DNA of 64,000 nucleotides from a bacterium (lineage in GTDB: Bacteria; Zixibacteria; MSB-5A5; GN15; FEB-12), in assembly GCA_030612965.1 (NCBI GenBank), contig JAUWMW010000001.1:182-64181 (forward strand), read 5' to 3'. The notes below the pieces were generated by a model. That model searched no databases. It had not been told where the DNA came from and saw nothing but the letters and a program-made list of their open reading frames with translations. Each line of letters begins with the position of its first letter. The stretch's first letter is position 1. This document shows, one piece after another, positions 55,066 to 63,555 of the stretch. The translations under genes and the position numbers were made by a program.

Positions 55066-55098
55066 CGCTATAACTGGCACAATGTCAGGAGGTAACAA

Positions 55099-56811
55099 AT
55101 GGCGAACCTGAAAGTCGGCGTCAACCTCATTGAAGGAACTGCAATCTCTCCCGTCGAAGGTGTGTCGACGGCCGTGTCCGGGATCCTCGGCACGTTTGAA
55201 CGCGGTCCTGTCAACGTGGCGACGCTGGTAACATCAATGGCTCAATTCGAGTCGATCTTCGGCTTGGCCCCTGCACCGGTCGGGAATAACACGTCCTGGT
55301 ATGCCGTCAAGGCGTTCTTTCAAAAGGTGGGCGCCGGCCAGCTCTATGTTGTGCGGGTGGCGTCGTCCGCGAAGATGCTCGCGACCAAGGCGTTTGATGA
55401 TCGGCAGGTTGCTCCGGCCAACACGTTGCGCATCGATGCGATCAACGAAGGCACCTGGGGCAACTCACTCTCTGTCGACGTTGACGACGACGCTTTGCTC
55501 ACCACGACTCTGACAGCGGAGTGCGCTGCGGCCACCCAGGCATCACTGACATCCGTCGAGGGCCTCGAAGTGGGCAGCTACGTCAAGTTCTACAACGGGA
55601 CGCTCACAGAGTATATTACTGTCACGTCAATTGAATACGTCGCGAAGATCATTCACTGGAGCGGGGCAGTCACCAACACTTACACCGTCGGGAACGGCGT
55701 GATCACTTCGCAGGAGTTCAAGCTCAATGTTTACGTCAACGACGTGCTCGTTGAGACGTGGCCGGGTCTATCGATGAACGACAACGTCTCTTTCTTCTGT
55801 GAGACGGCCGTCAATTCGGACTATATCGCCTGCGTGGACCTCAAGGCATCCGATACCAACCATGAGGATCAGCCTGTGGCTACCTCGGTGGCACAAGGGC
55901 TGGCCAGTGGCGCGGACGGTATCGCCGACATCGAAGTGACGGATTGGTCTGGTAGCCAGGCCAACAAGACCGGCCTTTATGCGTTTGACAATATACCGAC
56001 TGTCTTCCGGATCATCGCACCGAACCCGACCATTACCACGGATCCCGAAGAGGGGTGTATCATTCTGGCGCAGGCGCAGCTCGCTTATTGCGACGTTCGC
56101 GTCACATGTCAGACTTATGTCGACATCCCTTACGGCACCTCGGTGACCGACGCCCTGACTTGGGCAACCAACTTCGCCGGTCGTCGGATCGCTGTCTTTT
56201 TCCCATGGGTCAATGTCGGTTCGCGTGCCAACCCCAATTGGATCCCGCCGTCACCGTTCGCCCTCGGCACTGTCGTGGAGAAAGATTATCGACGCGGCGT
56301 GCACAAGTCTATCGGTAACGAGCGGATCGCCCTCGCTACCGACCTGGAGTATCACGTCTCCCGCCCCGAAGGTCAAACGCTGAACGACGGCAAGGTCAAC
56401 ACGATCCGCAAGAAGCCATCGGGCGGTCTGTGGGTATACGGCGGACGCACTCTGTCCGCCACCACCAACTTCAGGTTTATCGACGCCAGTGAATACTGGA
56501 ACTATGTCGGGCGCAGCCTGGAACTGGCCACGCATTGGGTGCCGTTCGAGCTGAACGACCAGACCTTGTGGAAAGCAGTCGAACGCTCCATTGGAGATTT
56601 CTTGTCCAATGAGCAGCGCCGTCGGGCGTTGTTTGATGCAAGCAATCCCGGTGCACAGGCGTGGTCCGTGGTCATGAACGAATCTAACAATCCGGCTGAC
56701 CAGGTGGCGCTTGGCATCGCTTCGGTGGGTGTCGTTTACGTCAAAACCGGCACGGCCGAGAAATTTGCCATCACCCTGACGCCGTCCTCCGGCGGCCTCA
56801 CTGTGGCTTAA
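55099..56811 (+). CDS. Contractile tail sheath protein
   Basis: 570 aa. C-terminal DGKVNTIRKKPSGGLWVYGGRTLS matches the sheath pattern (iN.ir..pg.G..vwGarT). Followed by tube genes. Confidence 0.85.
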   Translation: MANLKVGVNLIEGTAISPVEGVSTAVSGILGTFERGPVNVATLVTSMAQFESIFGLAPAPVGNNTSWYAVKAFFQKVGAGQLYVVRVASSAKMLATKAFDDRQVAPANTLRIDAINEGTWGNSLSVDVDDDALLTTTLTAECAAATQASLTSVEGLEVGSYVKFYNGTLTEYITVTSIEYVAKIIHWSGAVTNTYTVGNGVITSQEFKLNVYVNDVLVETWPGLSMNDNVSFFCETAVNSDYIACVDLKASDTNHEDQPVATSVAQGLASGADGIADIEVTDWSGSQANKTGLYAFDNIPTVFRIIAPNPTITTDPEEGCIILAQAQLAYCDVRVTCQTYVDIPYGTSVTDALTWATNFAGRRIAVFFPWVNVGSRANPNWIPPSPFALGTVVEKDYRRGVHKSIGNERIALATDLEYHVSRPEGQTLNDGKVNTIRKKPSGGLWVYGGRTLSATTNFRFIDASEYWNYVGRSLELATHWVPFELNDQTLWKAVERSIGDFLSNEQRRRALFDASNPGAQAWSVVMNESNNPADQVALGIASVGVVYVKTGTAEKFAITLTPSSGGLTVA

Positions 56812-56829
56812 CCCTGAAAGGAGGTTCCT

Positions 56830-57291
56830 GTGAGTGATTATGGAGCTGCCGGGCCGGACGCCAATCCCCAACTATCCGCAAAGTTCAGGATTGAGATCGA
56901 TGGCATCAATCTGGGCGCTGTTCAGAAAGCAACCATCGACGGTTACGAATGGAACACGATGAACGCCCGCACCGGCATTGACGATCTCAACTCGTTGACG
57001 GCGAGCGCGACAAAGAAGGCTCACGTCGTGACAATCGAAAAGAACTTGGTGGAGGGCGGACAGTCCGACATTCAGGCCTTAATCGATTGGGCCGAGCAAG
57101 GTTCGTCTTTACGAAAGACCGGCGCGGTGATCTCTGATGGCCGCGATGGCAACGAGGTGCTACGCATCACGTTCTTTAAGTCCTGGCTGAAGAAGGTCAC
57201 GTTCCCTCAGTGGGATGCCGAAGAAGAGGCTGGACCTCAGACGTACACGTTCGAGATCGAGGCGTCTCACATAAAACATGAGGTCTCTTAG
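56830..57291 (+). CDS. Tail tube protein (T4 gp19-like)
   Basis: GTG start with AAAGGAGG upstream. FRIEIDGINLGAVQKATIDGYEW matches tube-family N-termini. Confidence 0.8.
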   Translation: MSDYGAAGPDANPQLSAKFRIEIDGINLGAVQKATIDGYEWNTMNARTGIDDLNSLTASATKKAHVVTIEKNLVEGGQSDIQALIDWAEQGSSLRKTGAVISDGRDGNEVLRITFFKSWLKKVTFPQWDAEEEAGPQTYTFEIEASHIKHEVS

Positions 57292-57860
57292 TGGGATTAT
57301 TGGATCTACCAAACCAGGTGATCGAAGCTCTTAACGTGCTGGACTTGCACCAGCTCAACGGTCTTCGGTTCGTCGTGCAGATTGACGGTGTCGGTTTCCG
57401 AGGTAAAGAAACCGTCTGCGGTTTTCGTGCTGTCGACAACCTGGTCTCCGACCTTGAGGTGCAGAAGCTCGCCGAGGGCGGGTCAGGTCAGGTTCATACT
57501 TTTCCACGCCGGGAGCGGCAGCCGTCGATCACGTTGACGCGCCCGGTCACCTTTAGTCGATCGCTTTGGAATTGGTTCCTTGCCGGACGCCACTGGAAGA
57601 AAGGTCAACCGACCTACGTGAGAACGATGTCCATCTATCTACTCGACAGCGTACATCCTCCTGTGACCGGCGCGGTTACCTACGAGGCCTGGCGGTGGGA
57701 TTTCAGCCGTTGCTGGATTTCCACCTGGCGCGGCCCGAGAATGGATGCCACAAACGATGCGATCGCACTCGAAGAAGTAGTTATCCAACACGGCGGTGTC
57801 GTTGAGGCCAGAGGTGTCCTGAGCGGCATCGCCGGTGAAATTTTGTCAATCTTTCAATGA
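57291..57860 (+). CDS. Second tail tube paralogue
   Basis: FVVQIDGVGFRGKETVCGFRAVDNL...PSITLTRPV..SLWNWF matches the tube family. GTG overlaps the previous TAG. Confidence 0.65.
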   Translation: MGLLDLPNQVIEALNVLDLHQLNGLRFVVQIDGVGFRGKETVCGFRAVDNLVSDLEVQKLAEGGSGQVHTFPRRERQPSITLTRPVTFSRSLWNWFLAGRHWKKGQPTYVRTMSIYLLDSVHPPVTGAVTYEAWRWDFSRCWISTWRGPRMDATNDAIALEEVVIQHGGVVEARGVLSGIAGEILSIFQ

Positions 57861-57875
57861 AGATGGGAGCACATA

Positions 57876-58406
57876 ATGGCCACGACACAGGAATTTGAAT
57901 TGATCTTCGGAGTAGAGAAGGACGGCGCTACGCACATGACCGTAATCATGCGCCGTGTTTTGGTCCAGGACCTCATCGACGTTAATAACGATGCTCAGGT
58001 CCGTGAGCTGCGCAAGCAAGGACACAAGATCAGCGTAGCTACCATGCGCTACGCGGAGGACCGGGTCTTACACGGTAGGGAGGCCGGTCGTGTGGCCGCC
58101 GCGTCCGGACAACCGACGGACGGTTATGTCGATCCGGTAGCGATGAGCGCTATGGAAGGCGTCATGGCGCAGATGCAGACTCCTCTGTTAGCTCGCGTGA
58201 TCCTCCGCATCGGTGACATCGAGAACGTCGATCAGAAAGTTATCAAACAGATGAGTCCGGCCGACATAGAACGCTGCATGGATTGGTACGGCTGGATGAA
58301 CACGCCACCGAAGAAGCGCGATCTTAATCCGGATGAACAGGAGCCTAAGGATGATGAAGGTCAAACGGTTCCGAAGCAGGACCCTCCAAAGACCTCGCCG
58401 AGCTGA
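57876..58406 (+). CDS. Tail assembly chaperone (gpG-like)
   Basis: 176 aa, acidic, between the tube and tape-measure genes. Confidence 0.6.
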   Translation: MATTQEFELIFGVEKDGATHMTVIMRRVLVQDLIDVNNDAQVRELRKQGHKISVATMRYAEDRVLHGREAGRVAAASGQPTDGYVDPVAMSAMEGVMAQMQTPLLARVILRIGDIENVDQKVIKQMSPADIERCMDWYGWMNTPPKKRDLNPDEQEPKDDEGQTVPKQDPPKTSPS

Positions 58407-58624
58407 TTCTACAGTTTCCGTTTCCAGAGGATCGCTTGCGTCGTGCTGCGGTCTTCTTGGCGAGGTCGTTGGGTTGTAGTCCGCAGGCGGTTGTGGAGAT
58501 GGAGTTCGTTGAGATGATGGAATGGGTCGACGTTGAACGAGATTATCAGGAGAGAGAAACCCGAGCGCAGTCGGATGCAATTGCGAAGGCCTCTCCCGGT
58601 AAACGGGGAAGGAGACGCCTGTAA
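58358..58624 (+). CDS. Possible -1 frameshift extension of the chaperone (gpGT-like)
   Basis: The -1 frame is open from 58358 and ends at 58624, exactly at the tape-measure ATG. It overlaps the last 47 nt of the chaperone gene, including CCAAAG at 58386-58391. Confidence 0.4.
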   Translation, partial: RSNGSEAGPSKDLAELILQFPFPEDRLRRAAVFLARSLGCSPQAVVEMEFVEMMEWVDVERDYQERETRAQSDAIAKASPGKRGRRRL

Positions 58625-60919
58625 ATGGCGTTATTGGGCACATTAGGCTTGGGTGCTGTGGTCACGATGAAGGATCGTGCTTCACGGCAGATGGATCGTC
58701 TCAATCAATCGTTTGTGCGTTTGCACAAGCAGGCTGATCGGTCTCTCAAGGGCGTCGAAGAACAGATGGAGAAACTTGACAAGAGGATGGATCGTTCACG
58801 CGCCGGACTCGGCAAGTCGCTGAAGGTGATGGGTGCGGGTATGGTCATGGCGGTTCCCCTCGCCCTCGCGGGTAAGGCCGCCGCTACGTTCCAGGACTCC
58901 ATGAACGACGTGCTCTCTATTGTTATGGCGACCGGGTTAGGCGAAGATGAAGCTCGTGCCAAAGTTAAGGAACTTGGCGATGAGATATTGGCGTTCGCAG
59001 GCAAGACCAGAGTGCCACTCAATGAGCTGGCTGCCTCTGCATACGAGCTGACGTCGGCTCTTGGTATCGAAACGGCCAAGGGAGCCTTCCAGAGTGCGGC
59101 CAATCAGGCAGTCGCCGGTAAAGGCACCATAGTCGACTCTACGAAGGTCATGACATCAGTTCTGGCAAACTTTGGGCTGGACTGGGACGCAACGATGACA
59201 AAGGTCGAGCAATCGAAAAAGGTTTTCAATGTCATATCGGGAACCATTGCTGCGTTCAACACTGATCTGACGCGACTGTCTGCCGGTCTGACTTACGCTA
59301 CGCCGTCGGCTAACTTGTTGGGGATGGAATTCTCCGAGATGACCGCAACCCTTGGCATGCTTCAAACGAAGGGGTTGGAGGCATCTATGTCTGGTACTGC
59401 TTTCGCCGCCGGACTGCGTGGAATCATAAAGACTACATCAACGTTTACTGACGAAGCCGAAAAGGCGAAAGTCGCAGCTATGGATATGGGTGAGTATCTC
59501 GCCCACTTCGAGGGGCAGCAGTTGGGCGGGAAATTAAAAAAAGGAGCGAAGGGATCAGGGGCTCTCGCGAATCTTAATTTGACTGACAAGTCTGGGAAAA
59601 TGATACCGCTGTGGAACATTCTCCAGCAAATAGAGAAAGCCTTTGGCATAACAAGTGAGACCGCCGAGGAAACCGCAGCAAAGATGGAAGCGGTTAGGGC
59701 TGGAACTATGACAGCCGAAGAAGCATTCAAAGTGGAAGCCTTGTCGATGGAGCACGCTAATGCTATGCAAAGCACCTTCACGGACGAGGGCAGTCGGATG
59801 TTCTCTCTCTTATTAGGCCAATCTGAGGCTCTCAAGGCATACGCCCAGGGGATCGACGAGTCGACGATGGGTGTCACGATGTTGAATGTCAGGCAGTCCG
59901 GCGCAATCGCCAAATGGGAGATGATGAAAAACGCACTGAAGTCGACTGCGATTATGTTCGGAAAGGAGTTACTCCCGGCCATCGATTCAGTAATTATCGG
60001 TCTCGGCACTCTGGTGGAGAGAGTGCAATCGTTCATGAAAGCGCATCCCACCGCCACAAAGTGGATAGCCTGGGGCGGCGGGGTCTTTTCCATTCTCATG
60101 ATCGTTGGTGGCGCTATAGGTTCCGTCGTCTTTGCTATGCGAATGTGGCGCGCTCAGACAGCGATGATGCAACTTGCCGGAATGAAGACGGGGGGTCTTT
60201 TCAAGACGTTAGGTAATAACGCGATAGTTCTTCGGGCGCGGCTCATCGCCCTGGCCACAGCAGAGAAGGTCTTGGCCGGCGCAAAGATATTCCTCGCGAC
60301 CGTCACGAAAATTCTCTCTGCGGTCATGGGGTTTTTCAATATGGTTCTGATGGCAACCCCGATCGGATGGCTGGTGCTGGGTATCACTGCCGTGATCGCC
60401 ATTATCTATGCGTTAATCTTTCACTTCGATTGGGTCAAGGAGGTGGCCTCCGCTACCTGGGAGGGCATCAAGTGGGGTCTCGGTAAGTTGTGGGGATACC
60501 TGAAGGACTTCGGACGGTTCTTTGAGGAATTATGGGACAAGTTCGGCTGGCTGATAACGACCTCACCGCCGTTCTTACTGATTAAAGGCATGATCGATAG
60601 CGTCAAGTGGCTTCTTGAAGCGTTGGGATTGATCGGCGGCCCCGAGCTGACGGTCAAGCCGGGCACCTTAGACCCGAGACTGCTTACCCCAGAGAAGTTG
60701 GCCAAGACAGGTGCTCCCAGTGGGGGTGATGAAGTGCGCAGCGTGGCCACCGGCAAGGCGGCACCGGCGCTACCTGAAACGGGCGGTCTCAGCAATCAGA
60801 TAATCACCACCAACCATTTTCATATTCAGGGTAAAGAAAAGACAGCGAAGGAGCTGGCCCGCGAGATGACCAAACATCAACTCAACGCGCAGATGAGAAC
60901 AGTTCAGGGGGTAAACTGA
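58625..60919 (+). CDS. Tail tape measure protein
   Basis: 764 aa and helical. Central region resembles the TP901-type core. Hydrophobic segments near aa 480-600. Position after the chaperone fits. Confidence 0.85.
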   Translation: MALLGTLGLGAVVTMKDRASRQMDRLNQSFVRLHKQADRSLKGVEEQMEKLDKRMDRSRAGLGKSLKVMGAGMVMAVPLALAGKAAATFQDSMNDVLSIVMATGLGEDEARAKVKELGDEILAFAGKTRVPLNELAASAYELTSALGIETAKGAFQSAANQAVAGKGTIVDSTKVMTSVLANFGLDWDATMTKVEQSKKVFNVISGTIAAFNTDLTRLSAGLTYATPSANLLGMEFSEMTATLGMLQTKGLEASMSGTAFAAGLRGIIKTTSTFTDEAEKAKVAAMDMGEYLAHFEGQQLGGKLKKGAKGSGALANLNLTDKSGKMIPLWNILQQIEKAFGITSETAEETAAKMEAVRAGTMTAEEAFKVEALSMEHANAMQSTFTDEGSRMFSLLLGQSEALKAYAQGIDESTMGVTMLNVRQSGAIAKWEMMKNALKSTAIMFGKELLPAIDSVIIGLGTLVERVQSFMKAHPTATKWIAWGGGVFSILMIVGGAIGSVVFAMRMWRAQTAMMQLAGMKTGGLFKTLGNNAIVLRARLIALATAEKVLAGAKIFLATVTKILSAVMGFFNMVLMATPIGWLVLGITAVIAIIYALIFHFDWVKEVASATWEGIKWGLGKLWGYLKDFGRFFEELWDKFGWLITTSPPFLLIKGMIDSVKWLLEALGLIGGPELTVKPGTLDPRLLTPEKLAKTGAPSGGDEVRSVATGKAAPALPETGGLSNQIITTNHFHIQGKEKTAKELAREMTKHQLNAQMRTVQGVN

Positions 60920-61458
60920 TGCTGTTTATTCCGTCCTCATCTGGTGCTCTCGCTCAGGCCTACAGTGTTGACAGTGTCGTTCATGGCCGTCTAACGAATC
61001 TCGACAACAACGAGTTTATCGGTTTTCAATATAACCCTGTCCGGTTCACGTATGACCGTGACTTGAATTGGGGCGCCGTGCAATGGCGCGGCTCGGAACT
61101 CGGTGGCGATCTCGATTACCTGGGCAGTGGCCCGCACACGTTTGATCTCAGCCTTGATTATGTAGCGGAACCATCAGCGAACGCTATGTATGCGCAGACC
61201 CATATAACCATTCCCCAACCGAATTATCAGGTAAACTTTGAGAACTTGGAGACTACCATCCTTAACTGGACGACACCGCTCGAAGGTAAGCGGCGCCCGG
61301 CCAGGATTAATGTCATCCTTGGGCCGCGCTTTTTCAATGGCGTGATTCTGAGTTATAGGTTTGAGATTCTGGAGTTTCATGAGGATTTGTCGGCCCGGCA
61401 TGGCCGTCTCACTTTGGAGTTTAAGCAATGGGAACCGACCCTAAATATGCAACCGTGA
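60919..61458 (+). CDS. Tail protein, tube-initiator / gpU-like candidate
   Basis: FIGFQYNPVRFTYDRDLNW...HTFDLSLDY resembles tube-fold proteins. Lies directly after the tape measure gene. Confidence 0.45.
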   Translation: MLFIPSSSGALAQAYSVDSVVHGRLTNLDNNEFIGFQYNPVRFTYDRDLNWGAVQWRGSELGGDLDYLGSGPHTFDLSLDYVAEPSANAMYAQTHITIPQPNYQVNFENLETTILNWTTPLEGKRRPARINVILGPRFFNGVILSYRFEILEFHEDLSARHGRLTLEFKQWEPTLNMQP

Positions 61459-61601
61459 AAGCTGGTGAGCGCATAGACGTTCTGGCTTACCGCCTGCTCG
61501 GCAATCCGAGCAAGTTCGAGCTATTGCTTGACGCAAACCCCGACCTGGACTTGTGGCATCCACAACCAGGACTAAAGATAAAGGTGCCCGATGCCCGATA
61601 G
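61428..61601 (+). CDS. Tail protein X-like (LysM-type), 57 aa
   Basis: Hand translation gives MGTDPKYATVKAGERIDVLAYRLLGNPSKFELLLDANPDLDLWHPQPGLKIKVPDAR, which matches the P2 gpX/LysM pattern. Not in the ORF track (<60 aa). Confidence 0.6.
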   Translation: MGTDPKYATVKAGERIDVLAYRLLGNPSKFELLLDANPDLDLWHPQPGLKIKVPDAR

Positions 61602-62745
61602 TGTTATGGAAGTCTCGCTCTGTATCGGTGGTCACGAACTGACACCGGCGCAGCTCAACTATATCGGCGGCGTGAGCTATGAAGAAGCCTTGACCGAGAT
61701 GGGTACACTGGAGTTTTCGTTGTCCAGCGGTGAGAACCTTGATCTATCCGATCTCCCGTTGCAGCTCGGGACCGAAGTTGAATTGCAGATCGGGTGGGTG
61801 CATGGCGACCTGGTATCTCTGTTCGTTGGGCGGATTCAAACGGTTACGCCGTCCTTCTCGACTGACGAACCGGCCGTACTCAATGTCACCTGCTACGACC
61901 GTGGTTATGGCTTGCGCCGGGTGCCGTGGCCGACGGTCTACAAAGAGATCTCGCACAAAAAGCTGGTCGAGGACATCTGCCGGCGGCATGGATTGAAAGT
62001 AGTTATCAATCCAGTTGACAAGCTATCCAACTATAAGCTGGAGGGTGATCAGGCCGTCACGCAGGTGGACGAAACGGACTTTCAAGTCCTGGATGCTATC
62101 GCCAGGCGTGGCAACTTCAATCTGTTGGTGCATGACGATATCCTCTATATCGTCAACGATGAATACATGGCCACCGAAGCCTTTCATCGGGCTGTTCGCC
62201 CCGGATCCTCCGCTCGCAAGTTCCGGTTTGTCCATCGTGGCACAGACACCGACCTGGCGGAGCCGAACACCTGGCCGTTGTTGACGTTCGAGCCGGAGAT
62301 GGGATCGGAAGGTCAACGCACCCAGGTTGAGGTCAAGTCCTGGGCCGCTGTCGGCGAGGATGGCACAAAGTACGGCAAGGGAAAGCTGGAAGGAACGCCA
62401 ACCAAGGGTCAGAAATATACCGAGGTGGTCGTCAAAACAGAAAAGATCGAAACATACCGGATCACGGGCCAAGCCGCACGCGATGCCGGCCAAGCCAAGT
62501 ACATTGCGATAAATGAAATGGAGCGGCGTGCGCGTCGCCTGGTTAAGGGCGAAGTCGTCCCGGCCATCGGCACGCCTCACTTGCATATCGGCATGACCGT
62601 GGAGATTCTCGTTCGCGACCTCGAACCGTTCGGGACGATGTTCTCGGGTGAGTACGTCATCGAGGCCTGTCGGCATGAGATCGACAGCGAAGGTGTCTAC
62701 ACTACATCGTTCGACGTGCGCAGAGATGGAATAACAGAACCATGA
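61591..62745 (+). CDS. Baseplate hub protein, P2 gpD (late control D) / VgrG-N-like
   Basis: 384 aa. SYEEALTEMGTLEFSL...LGTEVELQIGW...LFVGRIQTV and its position before the spike fit the family. Confidence 0.75.
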   Translation: MPDSVMEVSLCIGGHELTPAQLNYIGGVSYEEALTEMGTLEFSLSSGENLDLSDLPLQLGTEVELQIGWVHGDLVSLFVGRIQTVTPSFSTDEPAVLNVTCYDRGYGLRRVPWPTVYKEISHKKLVEDICRRHGLKVVINPVDKLSNYKLEGDQAVTQVDETDFQVLDAIARRGNFNLLVHDDILYIVNDEYMATEAFHRAVRPGSSARKFRFVHRGTDTDLAEPNTWPLLTFEPEMGSEGQRTQVEVKSWAAVGEDGTKYGKGKLEGTPTKGQKYTEVVVKTEKIETYRITGQAARDAGQAKYIAINEMERRARRLVKGEVVPAIGTPHLHIGMTVEILVRDLEPFGTMFSGEYVIEACRHEIDSEGVYTTSFDVRRDGITEP

Positions 62746-63314
62746 AGCACCGCGCAATAGTCACAAACGTGAGCGATCCTGACAATAAAGGTCGCATCCT
62801 TGCCCGTCTCATCGGCTTCGGTGAGACCGACGACGACACGCAACACAACGAGACGCCGTGGGCATGGCCGTGCGTACCGCTGGCCGCCGATGGGTGCGGC
62901 ATGTTTATGGTGCCACCGGTCGGTGCTGAGGTCTGGATGGAACAGACGGCCGAAGGTGATTGGGTATGGACCGGCTGCTTCTGGTCCGGACGCCAAGCCG
63001 TACCGGCCGAGGCGAGCGCACCCGACGTGCGGATGATTAGAACCCCGGCCGGTCACCAGGTGAAGTTCGATGAAGCGGGTGACCTGGAAATCATGCACGC
63101 CAACGGCAACGTGGTTGCGCTACGAGAAGGTGGCGATATCGACGTGACGGTCAGCGGAGCTTGCAATGTGAGGGCGTCCGGAAAGGTCGTCGTGGACGGT
63201 TCTCAGATCGAATTGAACGGAACCTCGGGTAAGATCGTGCGAACCTGTGACACCTGCGCCTACACAGGCGGTCCGCACGTCAAGGGTTCAACAACCGTGA
63301 AGGCAGGTGATTGA
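62742..63314 (+). CDS. Baseplate spike, gpV / gp5 OB-fold family with Cys/His-containing apex
   Basis: AIVTNVSDPDNKGRILARL...PWAWPCVPLA...PPVGAEVW is the OB-fold part. A beta-helical segment follows. C-terminus reads CDTCAYTGGPHVKGSTTV. Confidence 0.75.
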   Translation: MKHRAIVTNVSDPDNKGRILARLIGFGETDDDTQHNETPWAWPCVPLAADGCGMFMVPPVGAEVWMEQTAEGDWVWTGCFWSGRQAVPAEASAPDVRMIRTPAGHQVKFDEAGDLEIMHANGNVVALREGGDIDVTVSGACNVRASGKVVVDGSQIELNGTSGKIVRTCDTCAYTGGPHVKGSTTVKAGD

Positions 63315-63315
63315 T

Positions 63316-63555
63316 ATGGCGATGAACGCCACTCGATTAGGAGCAGCGATGTTTAACGCCGTCAACGCCCTGGCGGCCGGCGCGACTAAGGCGGACGCTA
63401 AAGCCCGCATGATCGCGATGGCCCAGGAGATCATAGACGAGATATCGAGCAACGCCACAATCGCATCGCTCGCTACGAATGGCGGCACCACTCAGGGCGA
63501 TCCTCCACACAAACATTATCCTGCCACGAACTCTGCAACTGGAAAGATATCATGA
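63316..63555 (+). CDS. Hypothetical small baseplate-module protein
   Basis: Ala-rich 79 aa (82 aa if GTG 63307 is used). Its stop overlaps the next ATG. Confidence 0.45.
   Translation: MAMNATRLGAAMFNAVNALAAGATKADAKARMIAMAQEIIDEISSNATIASLATNGGTTQGDPPHKHYPATNSATGKIS

Noticed and set aside
59362-60099. 245-aa minus-strand ORF (also 58705-59103 and 60421-60795)
   Set aside because: These are antisense shadows of the tape-measure gene. They are low-complexity Ala/Ser/Pro-rich translations.
62023-62757. 244-aa minus-strand ORF
   Set aside because: It is antisense to the gpD-like hub gene, has no motifs, and would break an otherwise uniform + strand operon.
1128-63555. Pervasive 1-4 nt stop-start overlaps (ATGA, GTGA, TGATG, TAATG)
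   Set aside because: They are real, but this is ordinary translational coupling in phage operons. I used them as supporting evidence for start-codon choice, not as a finding.
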